A model generated the notes under the pieces. That model worked only from the letters and a program-made list of their open reading frames with translations. It was not told where the DNA came from and did not search any database. Positions 23,101 to 34,680 of a stretch of 38,762 bases of DNA are shown in pieces. The translations under genes were made by a program, and so were the position numbers. Source of the stretch: Chiloscyllium plagiosum (taxonomy: Eukaryota); the NCBI RefSeq assembly GCF_004010195.1, contig NC_057718.1, positions 15,468,952-15,507,713 of the forward strand. The letters are read 5' to 3'. Numbering within the stretch: position 1 is the first letter of the stretch; the number at the start of each line of letters is the position of its first letter.

Positions 23101-26100
23101 TTTGCTAAGTATAAAATACCAATGTATTTCTTTAAATAAAGTCTACAGTGATGTAAAGCTCAATTTTTTTTTTTCAAAAAAGCAGGGTGGTGTTATTTTA
23201 AAGAGATGTATTTTTAGCAAAAAGGAAAAGCAACTGAAAAGATGGCAGTTCTCCCTGATGTGGTAGAGTTCAAAACATGTGTTGTATAATGAACAAATGT
23301 ACGTGCTTGGCTAAAAGCTTCTTTGAATTTTTTTTCCTCCACAGAGGATCAGTATTTTATAATGACGCATTGAATCAATATGCTATCCCATTCATGGGAT
23401 CTGATGCTTCTGTAGTTAAACGCACCCAACGTTATCTGCATGAGAACTTGAAAGAAAGCCCCGTAAGTACATTCTTAGCTTCCGTGAAACCTGCACTTTT
23501 TTGTAAGAAACTCATGGTCTGTTTAGCTTTTCTTAAATGCCTTGAATATGGCTTTAAATATTTCAAAAATAAGAGGTAAAAATGCAATTCATGTGATTTC
23601 CGCCCCCTCAAAAGCTGAAACTGTCTACAAGTTATAGCCGTTCCAACAATGTAGTTGGCTCTTTGCAGAGCCTGAGTAATTTTGTTGGAATTTTATGTGA
23701 CCTGCCAAGAAAATGAGATGCCCATTTAGTGTTAAGACCTTATGTGGACTTATCGTGAGCATTTCTGGCTCAAACGTGAAGAAGTAGATTTTTGAAGAAA
23801 AACTGCTGGAAACTTGTCCAGTTTAAGCTCGGTGGCAGGAACAGTCAAGTTCAAGGGGTTGGAATGTAAGAGTAGGGAAGTGTTGCTGCTTCTGCACAAG
23901 GTTCTGGTGAGGTCACATCTGCTGTACTGAGAGAAGTTTTGGTTCCCTTCTTTAAGGAAAGATACTGTTTCATTGGAGATGGTTCAGAGAAGGTTAGCCA
24001 GGATGATCCCTGGTCTGGAGGGAATGTCATCAGCAAAAACGAAACCAGTTAGGGATCTACTCAGTGGGAGTTTAGAAGAATGAAAAGTGATTTCATTGAA
24101 ACATATAAGATTTTAAGGAACTTGGCAGGGTAAATGCTGAGAAGATGTTTCTCCTCATGGGACAGTCCAGGACTGAAGGCATATTCTCAGGATTAAGGAG
24201 TGCCAACTTAAAACTGAAGTGAGGAGGATTTTTTTCTGAAGGTTGTGTCTCTTTTGAGCTCCTTGCTATAGCGAGCTATGGAGGCAGTGTCCTTGTGTAC
24301 ATTTAAGGCTGATTGTAGATTCTTGATTAGTAAGGGAATCCAGAGTTGTGGGGAAAAGGCAACAAAGTGGACGTGAGGAGTGTCAGATTAGCTACAATCC
24401 TACTGAATCGTGGAGTAGGCTCAAGGTGTGGAATGGCCTACTTCTGTTTTATTTCTTATGACCTTGTGGATTATTCTTCAGAATCAAAAATAAAATGATG
24501 ACCAATAGTGGAATCAAAAAAGCAGGGAGAAAAGGCAAGCAGAATACTGATGAGGGATCATGAGTACAGTGATGTAACCAAACACTCTTTATGTATTGGA
24601 TGAAAGTATCAAAATATTAAAGAATATTGCTGATAAATAAAACAAAGGAAAATGAAGCAAACTTGAGTGTGTACATATACACATGCACATTTGGAATAAA
24701 TGAATGAAAGCATTTATAAACTGCTACATGGAAACTTAAATTTTCACAAGAAACCATTTTACTGTGTACATCCCACCTGATTATTTGGGTTTGTCGGTAT
24801 AGGCATGTGTGGTGCATATTGTCAGTGTCAGGGCTGTAGAGAAAGAACAGAGAAAAGGGACTATGTAGTCTTAAGGAAATTTGAAAAATCAGCAATTTAA
24901 TATTCCTCTGTTTAATTGAACAAAATTGTGTCCGGTCCAAGCATAGCACTTAACGGAAGTTCATTGTGATTATAGTTATATCTATCAATAGACTCTTTCA
25001 ACTTTTGGGTATTCCTTTTAATTGACTATAATTAGTTGCTGTAACCCAATTTGATATTGTAACTTTAGGTCCAATATGGTGCTTACGCTGCTGTAGGTGG
25101 AATTGGATCAGTCATACTTCTAATGGTAGCTGGTTTCTTTCTCTGGTGTTTCACAAAGTGTAAATTGGGAAGAAATCTTCTAATCAAAGTAAGTAGCTTG
25201 TATCTATGATTTACACAAGAATATTATTATAAACCACTTTTTTTAAAAAACGTAATCAGTTTTTGGTGAGAATATGTAATTTTTATTGCTTTCTGTTTAA
25301 CATGTAGTATCCAGAGTTTTTCTCGTTTGGATATTTTACAAGACAAGGACCAACCAAAAAACAGGTATGTTAATTTTGTTTTTTTTGTTGTTGTTTCATT
25401 TTGTGTTGAACTTCTTTTATTTTTAGGCCATCGTCAATTCTAAACTTACAGGTAGATTTCTTTATTCACTCTATTTCAGTATTGCTGTGCATGCTGCATT
25501 GTGATGGAGAACTTAGAATTCTTTGAACTGTCTTCATTTCAGTAAAGTAAAAAGGGAGACTAACAGTAAATCCTTAGAACTTTAGTAAGATAGGAGAAAT
25601 TATTTGTCCTGACATGTGCTCCTGGTCTCTGAAAGACCTTTTTTTAATTAAAAAAAGTTGAAATACCCATTTCACTTTTTAAAAACTAATTGATTTTGTT
25701 TCTGGATAGACCATTCAAAGTAATTTTATTTGAGAGCTCCTTCAACTATCAACTTCTCTCACTTTTCAGATTTGTATATCTGAAATTCTACATGATTCAA
25801 TGTATCATAGAATCCCTACAGTAGGGAAGCAGGCCTTCCGGCCCATTGAATCCACACCGACCCTCAGCAGAGCATCCCATCTAGACCATTCCCCTACCCT
25901 ATCTCTGCATTTCCCATGGCCAGTCCACTAAACCTACGCATCTTTGTGTGGGTTTCCTCCCACAGTCCAGACATGGAGATGTAGCTATGGTGCAATCACT
26001 TCTCTATTATGAAATAAACTATTTCAGAATCTGCCCTAACAAATTGTTCAGTTATCAGCATTTGGCTCAGTTGTATGCAAGCTTGTTTTAATTTTTACTT

Positions 26101-29100
26101 TTCAGTTAAATGTATTGAGCATAACTATCCTGATGACCTTTTTTTTTAAAATGTAGAGCAGCAAAGCAAATTGAAATTTGAGGCTGCTGTGTAAATCAAA
26201 CAACAATAAAGGTCTGTAACAAATAATCTGCAACGAAGCAAAATAGACTGTTTGTTTTCAAAAGAAACTTGTGTTGTACTTTCCAGATGGAAGGCACCTC
26301 TTTCAGCTTGACCTTCTTTGGTGAAGGGTATCCAGAAGATGTAGATCCACAGCAAGGCAAACCTTCAGTAAAAATCTGCACTCAAGTGAGAGGGCCAGGT
26401 ATGGGTGATGTTTAATACAAACTAGCCTCAGTCTGAAGTACTCACCATTTCTTATACCTACTTGGAATTTTCAGGGAAAAGTGATGGTGATGACAAATAC
26501 ACTGTGTTTTAAGTTCAACTGAGTTTTTTTTATTTAATAAATATCTCTGTAGTGAAAGAAGATTAGGTGAAGGAATTCTAGAGCTAGGGGCTTAGGCAGC
26601 TGAAGGAGCAGCTCCCACTGGTGGAGCAGTTAAAATTGTTTCAAATTTCCAGCATCGGCAGTTCTTTGCTTTTTGTTTAGAGTTTAGCTCCCTTCCAAGA
26701 ATGCCTACCTTGAAGTTCTGCTTCTCTATCTAATAGGATCTTCAGCATATATACCAACCTCTTCCTAGCTACAGTCAGGCCTGAAGAAGGGTCACTGACC
26801 CAAATGTGGACTCTGCTTTCTCTCCGCAGACAGTAGCTCCTGAGTTTCTTCAGCACTCTTTTCTGTGTAGAATTAAAATTAGGATGCCCAAGAGACCAGG
26901 GGAATGAGGATTGAGAGGAGATTAGAGATGGGGTGGGGCCAAGCCATAGAGAGATTTGAAAACAATAATGAGAATTTTAATTGTGGATGGAAGAGCTTAG
27001 ATGCAGATTCTTGTGGTAAGCAAGTACATGACAGTACATGTCAAGGTTAGGCAGCATAATTCAACATAGGGAAAGATAGAGAGAGAGAGATGGAGAACTT
27101 TAATTTGTAGTTTGAATACATTTATGTTGTCTTTCCAGTGCACATAGTCACTTTGCATTTCCTTTTTAATGAATACAGTGTGCTGTACTGAAACTAATGC
27201 TTTTGTTTTAAAAGTATACCTGCATGCAGCTGAGAAGTAGGTCTATCCAAAGAATGATCTTCACAACCCTATCTCACCCACCACCGCCTAAATCTCATCA
27301 ATTATTAAATTGTAGATGCTTCTGTGATCTTGCAGTTCCAGTTTTATTTAAATATGCATTTTAATACAATCCTTTCTACGAAATGCTTTGCATTACATGA
27401 CCGCATTATACAAATCTAAAACCCTTCCTTGACACTTGTACTGTGCTCAGAGCAGTACTTACTACTGATTAGCAGATGATTATAGACAACTGAGTTAGTA
27501 ATGGGAACTGAAAAGATAAGATGGCAAGCTTTAAAGATAAAGTATAATTATTGCTGTTATCTGGTTTGACGTTATTGCCCATCAAGCAATTTCTTTCTCC
27601 TTCCCTTTCTTTACCTTTTCATTTTATATGAATGAAAGAGTACCAAGCTAAAGTACAGGAAATGAAAGTTGATGCTTTCATTGATGTATGTACAGTAAGC
27701 GCACAAGATGGCAGCCGGGTAGGCTCCTAAGCCAGAACTCATCCATTTCTTTTCTTTTTCCTCTTGCTCTTTTCTTTCCTTTCCTTTTCTTCCTTTCTCG
27801 TTACCTGCATTGTTCCAACCGCATGGTGGTGGAGAGTTGAACCAGTGTGAACTCTATGCCTTACTGACCGCATGGGAGCCCGCACTCTGCTTCCGACCTT
27901 ATAAAGACTGTAATGCTGAACTTGTACGTTCTTATTTCTTTCTTTCTTTTCTAATTTATATCTAAGATTTTGAACCTAGGTATGTTTGTACCTAAGATGG
28001 TGCTGGAAATGGCGCCATTGTATTCCTTTTGCTATACTCCTATCCCTGTACATGTGACAATAAACCTGATTTTAAGTCAAGACTTCCTGATTTTAAACAT
28101 TTGACTTAAACACTGTAAAACACAATTCCATACAGGAGTGTATTTATAATTTTAAAGATCTGAAAGATGAATGTTTCCTCTTAATTACAAATTGCTATTT
28201 TATATTGTCCTGCATTGTGTTCCAACTTGCGTACAAATTGACTTGTGAACGAAACCTCTTTTCAATCTGAGGACTGCCTGTATTCAGGAAACTTAATTTT
28301 TGATTATGGTTTGCTTTCCTTTTGTTTTTTTTCCAGACTTGTCCCCACATTGTGTCCTCCTTCTTTTTAGTTTTCATCTTGTATTGCTCTTTCTTTTTAT
28401 CTTTTATGGTGTTACCTTTATCCAATTTGTAATAAGTGACCTTTGGTTAATGGTTGGCTTTGCCAAATCCATGGAATTTCCAGTGTCAAGTCTTTTATGG
28501 TCCACTTATTTAAGGAAATATATAATTTTCTTAGAGGCAGTTCACAAAAGATTCACAAAGATGATTCCCTGATATGAGCAAAGGCTACATAGATTGGGAC
28601 TGAACTTGCTGGAGTTTAGAAGAAAAAGTAGTGATCTCATTGAGACATACAGGATTCTTGAGGGGCTCAACAGGGTAAATGCTGAGAAGATGTTTCCCCT
28701 CTCGCGTGAGAGTCTAGAACCAGATGGTACCAGTTCAAGACATGAGGAATTTCTTTTCTCAAAGCTTTTCACAGAGTTGTGGGGGCAGAGTCCTTGCTTA
28801 CATTTAAGGCTGAGATAGATTCTTGATCAGTCAAGAAATTAAGGGTAATAGGGAAAATAGGAAAGTGGATATGAGGACTGTTGAATCAACCATTATCCTA
28901 TTGAATGGCTGTGGAGGCTCAAGGGGCTGAATGACCTCTGATACTTCCTATTTCTTATCAAGTTATAGTCTTTACCTGCATAGCTTACTTTCCATGGATC
29001 CACAAAGCTATCCTTGGTTTTACTCCCAATGAAGAAAATGAAATTTCCGTGAAGATGCTAGCACAGTGTAAGCTTTTTATTTTGATAGAAGGCTCAAGGG

Positions 29101-31676
29101 GCTGAATGGCCTACTTTAGTCTCTACTGAATCTGTTCCACCATTCAATGAGGTCATGGCTAAACTAATAATCCTTCACTACACTTCCCTCCTTCCTCTCC
29201 ATAACTTTTGATTACCTTTATTGATTAAATTCTGTCTGTCTATCTCAGCTTTGAATAAACGTAATGACCTGGCTTCAACAAATTTACCACCACCACCTGA
29301 GAGAAAGTATTCTCCTCTTCTCTATCTTAAATATTCAACCATATATTCTAAGATTATGCCAACTGGTCCTAAACTATCCCACTGGGGAAACAACTTCTTT
29401 GCATCTATTCTGTCAAGAATCTTGTATGTTTCAATAATGTCATCTTTTCCTTTTCACATTCCAATCTACTTGACCTGATCTTGTAAGACACTCCCTCCAT
29501 GCCAAGTGAACTTTCTCTGGTCTGCCTGCAATGTCAGTGTACCTCTCCTTGGATAAGGGCCCAAAACTCTTTTGTATTCCAGCTGTGGTCTGATTGTATA
29601 TTTGCTAAAAACATACTAATGTACACAATATCGTGTAGTTTTGGTGAAATCTCCGTAACTTTATGCTCCATTCCCTTTGAAATAAAGGCCAATATTTAAT
29701 TTGCCTTACCTATTCCCTTCTGAATTTGGTTTTTTGCTTTTTGTGATTCATGAACCAGGACATTCCCAGTATTTGATCATTAAATGTTCATCGGTGACCT
29801 CTTCACTAATGGGTCTTCACATTGATTAGAAATTGCTGATTAAGCTTAAGCATCTAGCAATTCAATTAGTAACACATTGAAAAATAATCTATCACAATTA
29901 GACTTATTGCTTGCATCTCTTTTTGCTGTAAGACATAGGAGCAGAAGTAGGCTATTTGGCCCATTGAGTCGTCATCTATTCAATGAAATCTGATAATCCT
30001 CAACTCCTCTTTCCTGTATTTTTCTCATAAATGTTGATTCTCTTTACTAATCAAAACAACCCCCCACCCCGGCCAGTGAATCTTGTGTGTATCAATAAAG
30101 TTACCTCACATTCTTCTGAGCACAAATGAGTACAGACTCAACCTCTCCTCATAAGAGAATCACTCCTTACCCAGGACTAGTCCAGCGAATTCCCTTTGGA
30201 CTGTCTCCCATGTCAGTAGATCCCTTCCTGGCTAAGGGGACTGAAACTGTTCAGTATTGTGTGGTCTAACTAGTGATTTGTATAGTTTTTACCAAGACTT
30301 CTTTGCTGACTACCATTTTTGTTGTAATACTTTAAATTTTTCCAAAAGCCTGGAATTTCTTTGTTAAAATTATATTTGTATACTTTGATGCATCACCTGA
30401 TAAAATAATAACTAAATAATTTGAAAAGAAAGTCCAATGTTATCTTGATAGCTTCCTCTTTTTCTGCAAATGGTGGGCTTTTGGTGATAGAACATTGTAT
30501 GGCAAATGTTTGCTTTCAAAGGAAAGTGTACTTTTGCTTAAGAGCATGATTTTCAATTTTCGATGGTGCAAGTGGTTACTTTTCTGTTGGCCTTATTTCA
30601 GAACTTCTATTTTATTTTACTTACCAGAACCTGGTTACATTGCGACCCCAATAGCTATGGTACAGGCAGCTGTTACAATACTTTGGGAACACAAGTCTCT
30701 GCCCAATCGGTGAGTTTCAGAACTTAGACTGTGTGAAATAATTTTGAAATGCTGTTGTTGAGTCTAAAAGCTTAATCCAGAAAACACAAAATAAGTGTAT
30801 CAACGTTCCCATTTCTCTCATTCTGCATAGCCACATCTTACAATAATAAACTGATAATGCATATAGATCTTCCACAAGCACAGGAAAGCAAATTAGTTCA
30901 TTGTGTAAATTTTAATTCTGAAAGGAGATAATGGGTGAAAGCCATAAGATTATTCCTGTCTTTGTCAAAAATCAACTTTGCTTAATCGTTCTCAATATGT
31001 CTCAATTCCTTCTTGTTAGAAATCTACGTGTTATCTTAATGAATCAATGCATGTATTTAACTTTAATTGCCTTTCACCCCACAATTTCCAGTGTATGAAG
31101 ATATTTCACCTTAAAGTTCTTGTTTTGTAACTAGTGTTTCGAGTAAAGTCCTTTTACTATTTAAAAAAAAACTGAACCAATTTGACTAATTCACTTCCTT
31201 ATCCTGACATGTGTTGTTGGTGTCACAATTGGCCTATTTTCACTCTATGCAGATTGTTTTTATTAGAGAAAATTATTTCTATTAGATTTTAACTATTTAT
31301 TGTACACTTTTTAAGTCAGTTGCACATGAAATATTGTTCCACTTTGCTTTTTAAATTTCAATATGGACGACTGGTTCTGTTTGATTATAAATATTAAATG
31401 ATGCACAGATTTGAATAGTTTCTTGCAAGAATACTATTATCTTCCAGTGATTGAGCTAATTGCTTTAGATTTGAAGACCTCCAGGGTGTCTTCAGTTTGA
31501 GCTCCTGAATGGAGCTGAAAAGGCTGTTCATAGTTTCAAACTTCTTATTTTTGTTCCTCCTTCCTTCTAGGGGTGGGGTGTACTCACCTGGAGCAGCATT
31601 CTCGAAGACAACTCTGATTGAAAGACTGAACAAATATGGCATTGAGTTCAATGTTATCAGCAAGCCTGAAGCATAA
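10869..31676 (+). CDS. SCCPDH: Saccharopine dehydrogenase-like oxidoreductase, complete 12-exon CDS, 1284 nt / 427 aa: join(10869..11055,13211..13320,16490..16570,17440..17569,19089..19138,21682..21812,23345..23462,25069..25188,25308..25364,26287..26398,30628..30709,31571..31676)
   Basis: All 11 introns are GT-AG with compatible phases and give an open frame. Motifs GASGFTG (Rossmann), VAGRN, LNCVGPYRFFGEPVVKAC, DISGEP, CGFDSIPADMG, GPEPGYIAT and GGVYSPGAAF. Confidence 0.97.
13211..13320 (+). CDS. SCCPDH: SCCPDH exon 2
   Basis: tttcag|GIPELKSKECIICDINDPLSLAEMCQQGSVILNCVGP|gtatgt. Confidence 0.95.
13440..14180 (+). mobile_element. Decayed CR1 LINE 3' fragment (intron 2)
   Basis: GILAFISPGTEYKSKDVMLELYK (ORF 13542..13739) followed by a CR1-type tail. 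Confidence 0.8.
14820..16380 (-). mobile_element. Old CR1-type LINE fragments in antisense (about 14820-15240 and 15590-16380)
   Basis: The reverse strand resembles the CR1 tail (attagaaacagaagtagacc..) and a degenerate NYRPVSLTS-like motif near 15650. Confidence 0.5.
16490..16570 (+). CDS. SCCPDH: SCCPDH exon 3
   Basis: tatag|YRFFGEPVVKACVENGTHCVDISGEPQ|gtattg. Confidence 0.95.
17440..17569 (+). CDS. SCCPDH: SCCPDH exon 4
   Basis: aacag|FLEGMQLKYDHQAAEKGVYIVGSCGFDSIPADMGVLFTRNQLK|gtaatt. Confidence 0.95.
17795..17895. mobile_element. Penelope-terminus fragment
   Basis: gaaattgctggagaaactca..gcagcatctgtggaga..ctgaagaagggtcactggac, the same family as 2705-3030. Confidence 0.6.
17897..18050 (-). 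mobile_element. tRNA-derived retroelement head
   Basis: Minus strand GGGAGGTGATGGCCTAGTGG (A box) ... GGTTTGAATCC (B box); homologous to 3309-3450. Confidence 0.75.
19089..19138 (+). CDS. SCCPDH: SCCPDH exon 5
   Basis: tttcag|GTLTAVESFVLIKSGPE|gtttgt. Confidence 0.93.
19283..20200. mobile_element. Two CR1 fragments back-to-back (about 19283-19965 -, 19966-20200 +)
   Basis: Reverse-strand KFADDT at ~19931-19948 with a HER1-like tail at 19283. Forward GDLI..FKIM-like segment after 19965. Confidence 0.75.
21682..21812 (+). CDS. SCCPDH: SCCPDH exon 6
   Basis: aatag|GASFHEGTWQSAVHGLSDQDNLRKLRRQFGHKPLPIMGTKLTR|gtgaga. Confidence 0.95.
22030..22320 (+). mobile_element. CR1 LINE 3' end
   Basis: MFPMSRTRGHCLRI..FRTEMKKNFF (ORF 22028..22246) and tail ttctatgtttc. 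Confidence 0.8.
22358..22658 (-). mobile_element. HE1-type V-SINE, full length
   Basis: tRNA head GGCACAGTGG..GGTTCAATTCC, V-domain GTGTGGAGTTTGCACGTTCTCCCCGTGTCTGCGTGGGTTTCCTCCGGGTGCTCCGGTTTCCTCCCAC, and LINE-derived tail ending TAATCTAA. Confidence 0.93.
23345..23462 (+). CDS. SCCPDH: SCCPDH exon 7
   Basis: cacag|RGSVFYNDALNQYAIPFMGSDASVVKRTQRYLHENLKESP|gtaagt. Confidence 0.95.
23850..24460 (+). mobile_element. CR1 LINE 3' fragment (intron 7)
   Basis: Degenerate LVRSHL..FWFP..DFIETYKI peptides and tail atggcctacttctg..ttcttatg. Confidence 0.75.
25069..25188 (+). CDS. SCCPDH: SCCPDH exon 8 (hydrophobic membrane-associated segment)
   Basis: tttag|VQYGAYAAVGGIGSVILLMVAGFFLWCFTKCKLGRNLLIK|gtaagt. 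Confidence 0.95.
25308..25364 (+). CDS. SCCPDH: SCCPDH exon 9
   Basis: tgtag|YPEFFSFGYFTRQGPTKKQ|gtatgt. Confidence 0.95.
25806..25980 (-). mobile_element. HE1-related SINE 3' fragment with internal inversion
   Basis: Tail catagaatccctacagt..caggcc..ggccca; V-domain piece inverted at 25945-25969. Confidence 0.7.
26287..26398 (+). CDS. SCCPDH: SCCPDH exon 10
   Basis: ttccag|MEGTSFSLTFFGEGYPEDVDPQQGKPSVKICTQVRGP|gtatgg. Confidence 0.95.
26638..26872 (+). mobile_element. Penelope-terminus composite flanked by ttaaaatt repeats
   Basis: ttaaaatt at ~26630 and ~26873. ccagcatcggcagt and ctgaagaagggtcactgaccc..ctgagtttcttcagca match PLE termini. Confidence 0.55.
28490..28960 (+). mobile_element. 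CR1 LINE 3' fragment (intron 10)
   Basis: LEAVHKRFTKMIP and LEFRRKSSDLIETYRILEGLNRVNAEKMFPL. Confidence 0.85.
29100..30290 (-). mobile_element. Two antisense CR1 3' fragments (about 29100-29760 and 29930-30290)
   Basis: Reverse-complement similarity to the CR1 tails at 28490-28960 (cataggagcagaagtaggc.., tcttgtatgtttcaat). Confidence 0.6.
30628..30709 (+). CDS. SCCPDH: SCCPDH exon 11
   Basis: accag|EPGYIATPIAMVQAAVTILWEHKSLPN|gtgagt. Confidence 0.95.
31571..31676 (+). CDS. SCCPDH: SCCPDH exon 12 (last coding exon)
   Basis: ttctag|RGGVYSPGAAFSKTTLIERLNKYGIEFNVISKPEA*. Confidence 0.95.
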
Positions 31677-31859
31677 GTGCTTCCACACGATTTGAGTCCT
31701 CTGAGTGTGGTGGTTCATTGTCCTGCTATTTACTACACTGACAAGATTTGTACTTGATAATTAACAGCTTTTTCGCAGTAGTTAGCTCATGTTGTAATAT
31801 AATGAACGAATGCTAAATAGTTTGAGACTTGCTTTTGAGGATTGAGTGTTCTGATGGTA

Positions 31860-31865
31860 ATTAAA
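31860..31865 (+). terminator. Candidate proximal SCCPDH polyadenylation signal (ATTAAA); a distal AATAAA lies at 33543-33548
   Basis: ATTAAA 184 nt after the stop, followed by a GT/T-rich stretch (gttgtcactgtattttt). Confidence 0.4.
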
Positions 31866-32097
31866 CTTGTTGAATGTAACCATTTCAAAGTTGTCACTGT
31901 ATTTTTAAATTGAATTGCAATTATTCTATTTATATTCAACATGTTACAAGGGAAGAAGAATTGAAAATCATACTACCACCTGTAATTCTAACACCATTCT
32001 GGACTCTTGTTATAGGGTCTCTGTGTCTGTCCCTCCGCCCCTCCCTGGATTTGGCCAAGCACTTCCATTGGATTGGTCCATACTTACCGACAGTGTA

Positions 32098-32170
32098 GAA
32101 AATGTGTTGCTGGAAAAGCGCAGCAGGTCAGGCAGCATCCAGGGAACAGGAGAATCGACGTTTCGGGCAT
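32098..32170 (-). mobile_element. Penelope-terminus fragment with 8-bp TSD
   Basis: acagtgta at 32090-32097 and 32171-32178; the body is near-identical to 6559-6630. Confidence 0.8.
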
Positions 32171-32384
32171 ACAGTGTACTGCAGTGGTGTACTGCAGTGA
32201 TGTACCATTCTGCAGAATGGTTGACTAGGAGACTCTCCCAAACCAACCTGTTTGGTGACATTTCGAATATACCTTTCAGGGCCAGCAAGTCCTGGCATGG
32301 GATTCCTCAAAGCTTCCAGCCCAAAAGTAGGAATGTTATCACTGGTCCATGTGACCACTAGGATAGGGTAGCTGAAGAATAGAA

Positions 32385-32516
32385 CATTCCTGATGAAGAG
32401 TTTGTGCTCGAAACGTCAACTCTCCTGCTCCTCAAATGCTGCCTGAGTGGCTGTGTTTTTCCAGTACCACACTTTTTGACTCTGATCTCCAGCATCTGCA
32501 GTCCTCACTTTCTTCT
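32385..32516 (+). mobile_element. Penelope terminus with hammerhead core (32390-32417)
   Basis: CTGATGA-A-GAG(TTTGTG)CTC-GAAA-CGTC ... catctgcagtcctcactttct. Flanking repeat ggatagggta at 32361 and 32518. Confidence 0.8.
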
Positions 32517-32986
32517 GGGATAGGGTAACTAAGCCTTTTTTTGGTGCAATACTGATAAATCTAAAGCATGTTGTCCAAAATGTCTTGCCCTTGTCAATGT
32601 CAGGATGCAAATTGGTGTTCTAATGTCAATTGGCCAAAACTATCAGTGTGCCAGCATCCAGCTTTTAGCTGAAACTGTGTCCAGTGAACAGCAGGCTGTA
32701 TATTTTTGGGATATTGTTACCTTTTTACTAAGTAAGCTAAATTTAAGAACCGAAATAATAGATTCCACAAGGAACATACTCTAAATGTCCCAGAAGCTTC
32801 CAAACTGGTGTAAAGATATAAATAACAATTTTCATTTAAGCAGACCAAGTCCCCAAGATGAGTCTTAGATATATAATTAAGACATGAATGTTTGTTTTTC
32901 CATACATTGACATTTCTTGCAAATGGTTCCAAGGTGAAAAACTGACAATGTATTGTTTTTTCTTTAAGCTTTCAGAATTTTTTTTT

Positions 32987-33290
32987 TTAGATTAGATTAC
33001 TTGTTGGGCAGAAGGGCCTGTTTCCACACTAAGTTCACACCGACCTGCCGAAGCGCAACCCACCCATACCCCTACATTTACCCCTTACCTAATACTATGG
33101 GCAATTTAGCATGGCCAGTTCACCTGACCTGCACATCTTTGGACTGTGGGAAGAAACCGGAGCACCCGGAGGAAACCCACGCAGACATGGGGAGAACGTG
33201 CAAACTCCACATAGTTAGTCGCCTGAGGTGGGAAATGAACCCGGGTCTCTGGCGCTGTGAGGCAGCAGTGCTAACCACTATGCCACCGTG
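32987..33290 (-). mobile_element. HE1-type V-SINE with a 36-bp internal inversion
   Basis: Colinear with 22358-22658 except that 32999-33034 is reversed. Confidence 0.92.
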
Positions 33291-33717
33291 ACTTGAATGA
33301 AAGAAGAGATGGTTGTATGTCCAAGCTTTCAAGTTAGAAGGCACTTTGTGTTTATTTGGTGAAGAGTGAATCAAGTTAGGCTGTGATATCTCAACATTTA
33401 CTGACCACTTCTACAAATAGGAAGGAATAATAGGCCTTTAGAGGAAGTACAAAGCTATATCACAGCACGCAAAGTAAAAGAGAAATCTTGCCAAAATAAG
33501 ATGTAGAAACATTGGACTCTTGTACATGAGCAGTTCAGAAGTAATAAACACAAGTATACTTTATATTAGTCTTCAGTGCAAAAGATTACTAGGAAGCACA
33601 TAATGCAATGAAATGTAATCTGTACAAAACATTTGCAATAATTTCACTAGAAATCATTGCCAAGCCTCATTTGCTCAGAGGTACTTTTTAAAATATGATT
33701 GTCTAAAACATAATGAT

Positions 33718-34049
33718 GGAGAAAGTGAGGACTATAGATGCTGGAGAGTCAGTCAGAAAATGTGGTGCTGGAAAAAGAACAGCAGGTCAGGCAGCTTCCA
33801 AGGAGCAGGAGAGTTGATGTTTTGGACATAAGCCCTTCATCAGGAATGTAGAGTGGAAAGTGGGAGAAGGGAGGGGGGGGAATGTGAGAGATAAATGGGT
33901 GGGGCTGAGAGGGAGTAGGTGGGATGGTGATAGGTGGATACTGGTGGGAGATAATTGGGCAGGTAGGTCAGGCCAAGAGAGTGGTGCTGAGTTGAAAGGT
34001 TGGATCTGGGATGAGGTGGGAGGGGAGATTTGGAAACTAGTGAAGTCAA
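33718..34049 (-). mobile_element. Penelope-like 3' terminal fragment with 8-bp TSD
   Basis: ataatgat at 33710-33717 and 34050-34057. ggagaaagtgaggact..gcccttcatcaggaat followed by a purine-rich 3' region like 8650-8830. Confidence 0.82.
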
Positions 34050-34680
34050 ATAATGATTCCTATTCTGCTATGATTAAGGAATTAAACCAGGATGGCAATG
34101 GTCAAGGTGTATAATGTTAAGATAAATATTTCAATTTGTGTTTTAATTGCTTTTGTAGGGATTAGGAACAGTGCAGAATCAGTGGGATTGTAAAGGATCT
34201 GTGGAAGGATATGTTTGATAAGCAAAATGACCAAAGATGGTTATATTCAAACAACAATCAGATACTGCATCTGGACAGTCATTGGTATTGCCATCATCAG
34301 GTTTCCCCACCGTCAACTACCTGATAGTTCAACTAGACCAGCCCAATCAATATTCTGATGACTACAGCAGTCCATGGCTGAGTAATCTAAGGCATGTTGC
34401 TCACCATCTGCCTCAGTTTCTCCACAACCCACAAGTTACAAATCTTGAGTGAGGTTTAAATCCTTGTAGGATGAATGCAGTTTACCCTAACTCTATAGCA
34501 GCTGCAACAGTACTCTAAGCTGAACATCATGCAGGCAAAAGCATTGACACCCTATCAACCAAATTAAAAATTCTATCAATGGCTTATTGTGGTTGTTATT
34601 TATTTGTGTTTAACACTCTTTGGAAATCAAGAAGAAAGGAAAGGGGTGGATAACTCGATTAATGAAGGATAAATCAGTAC

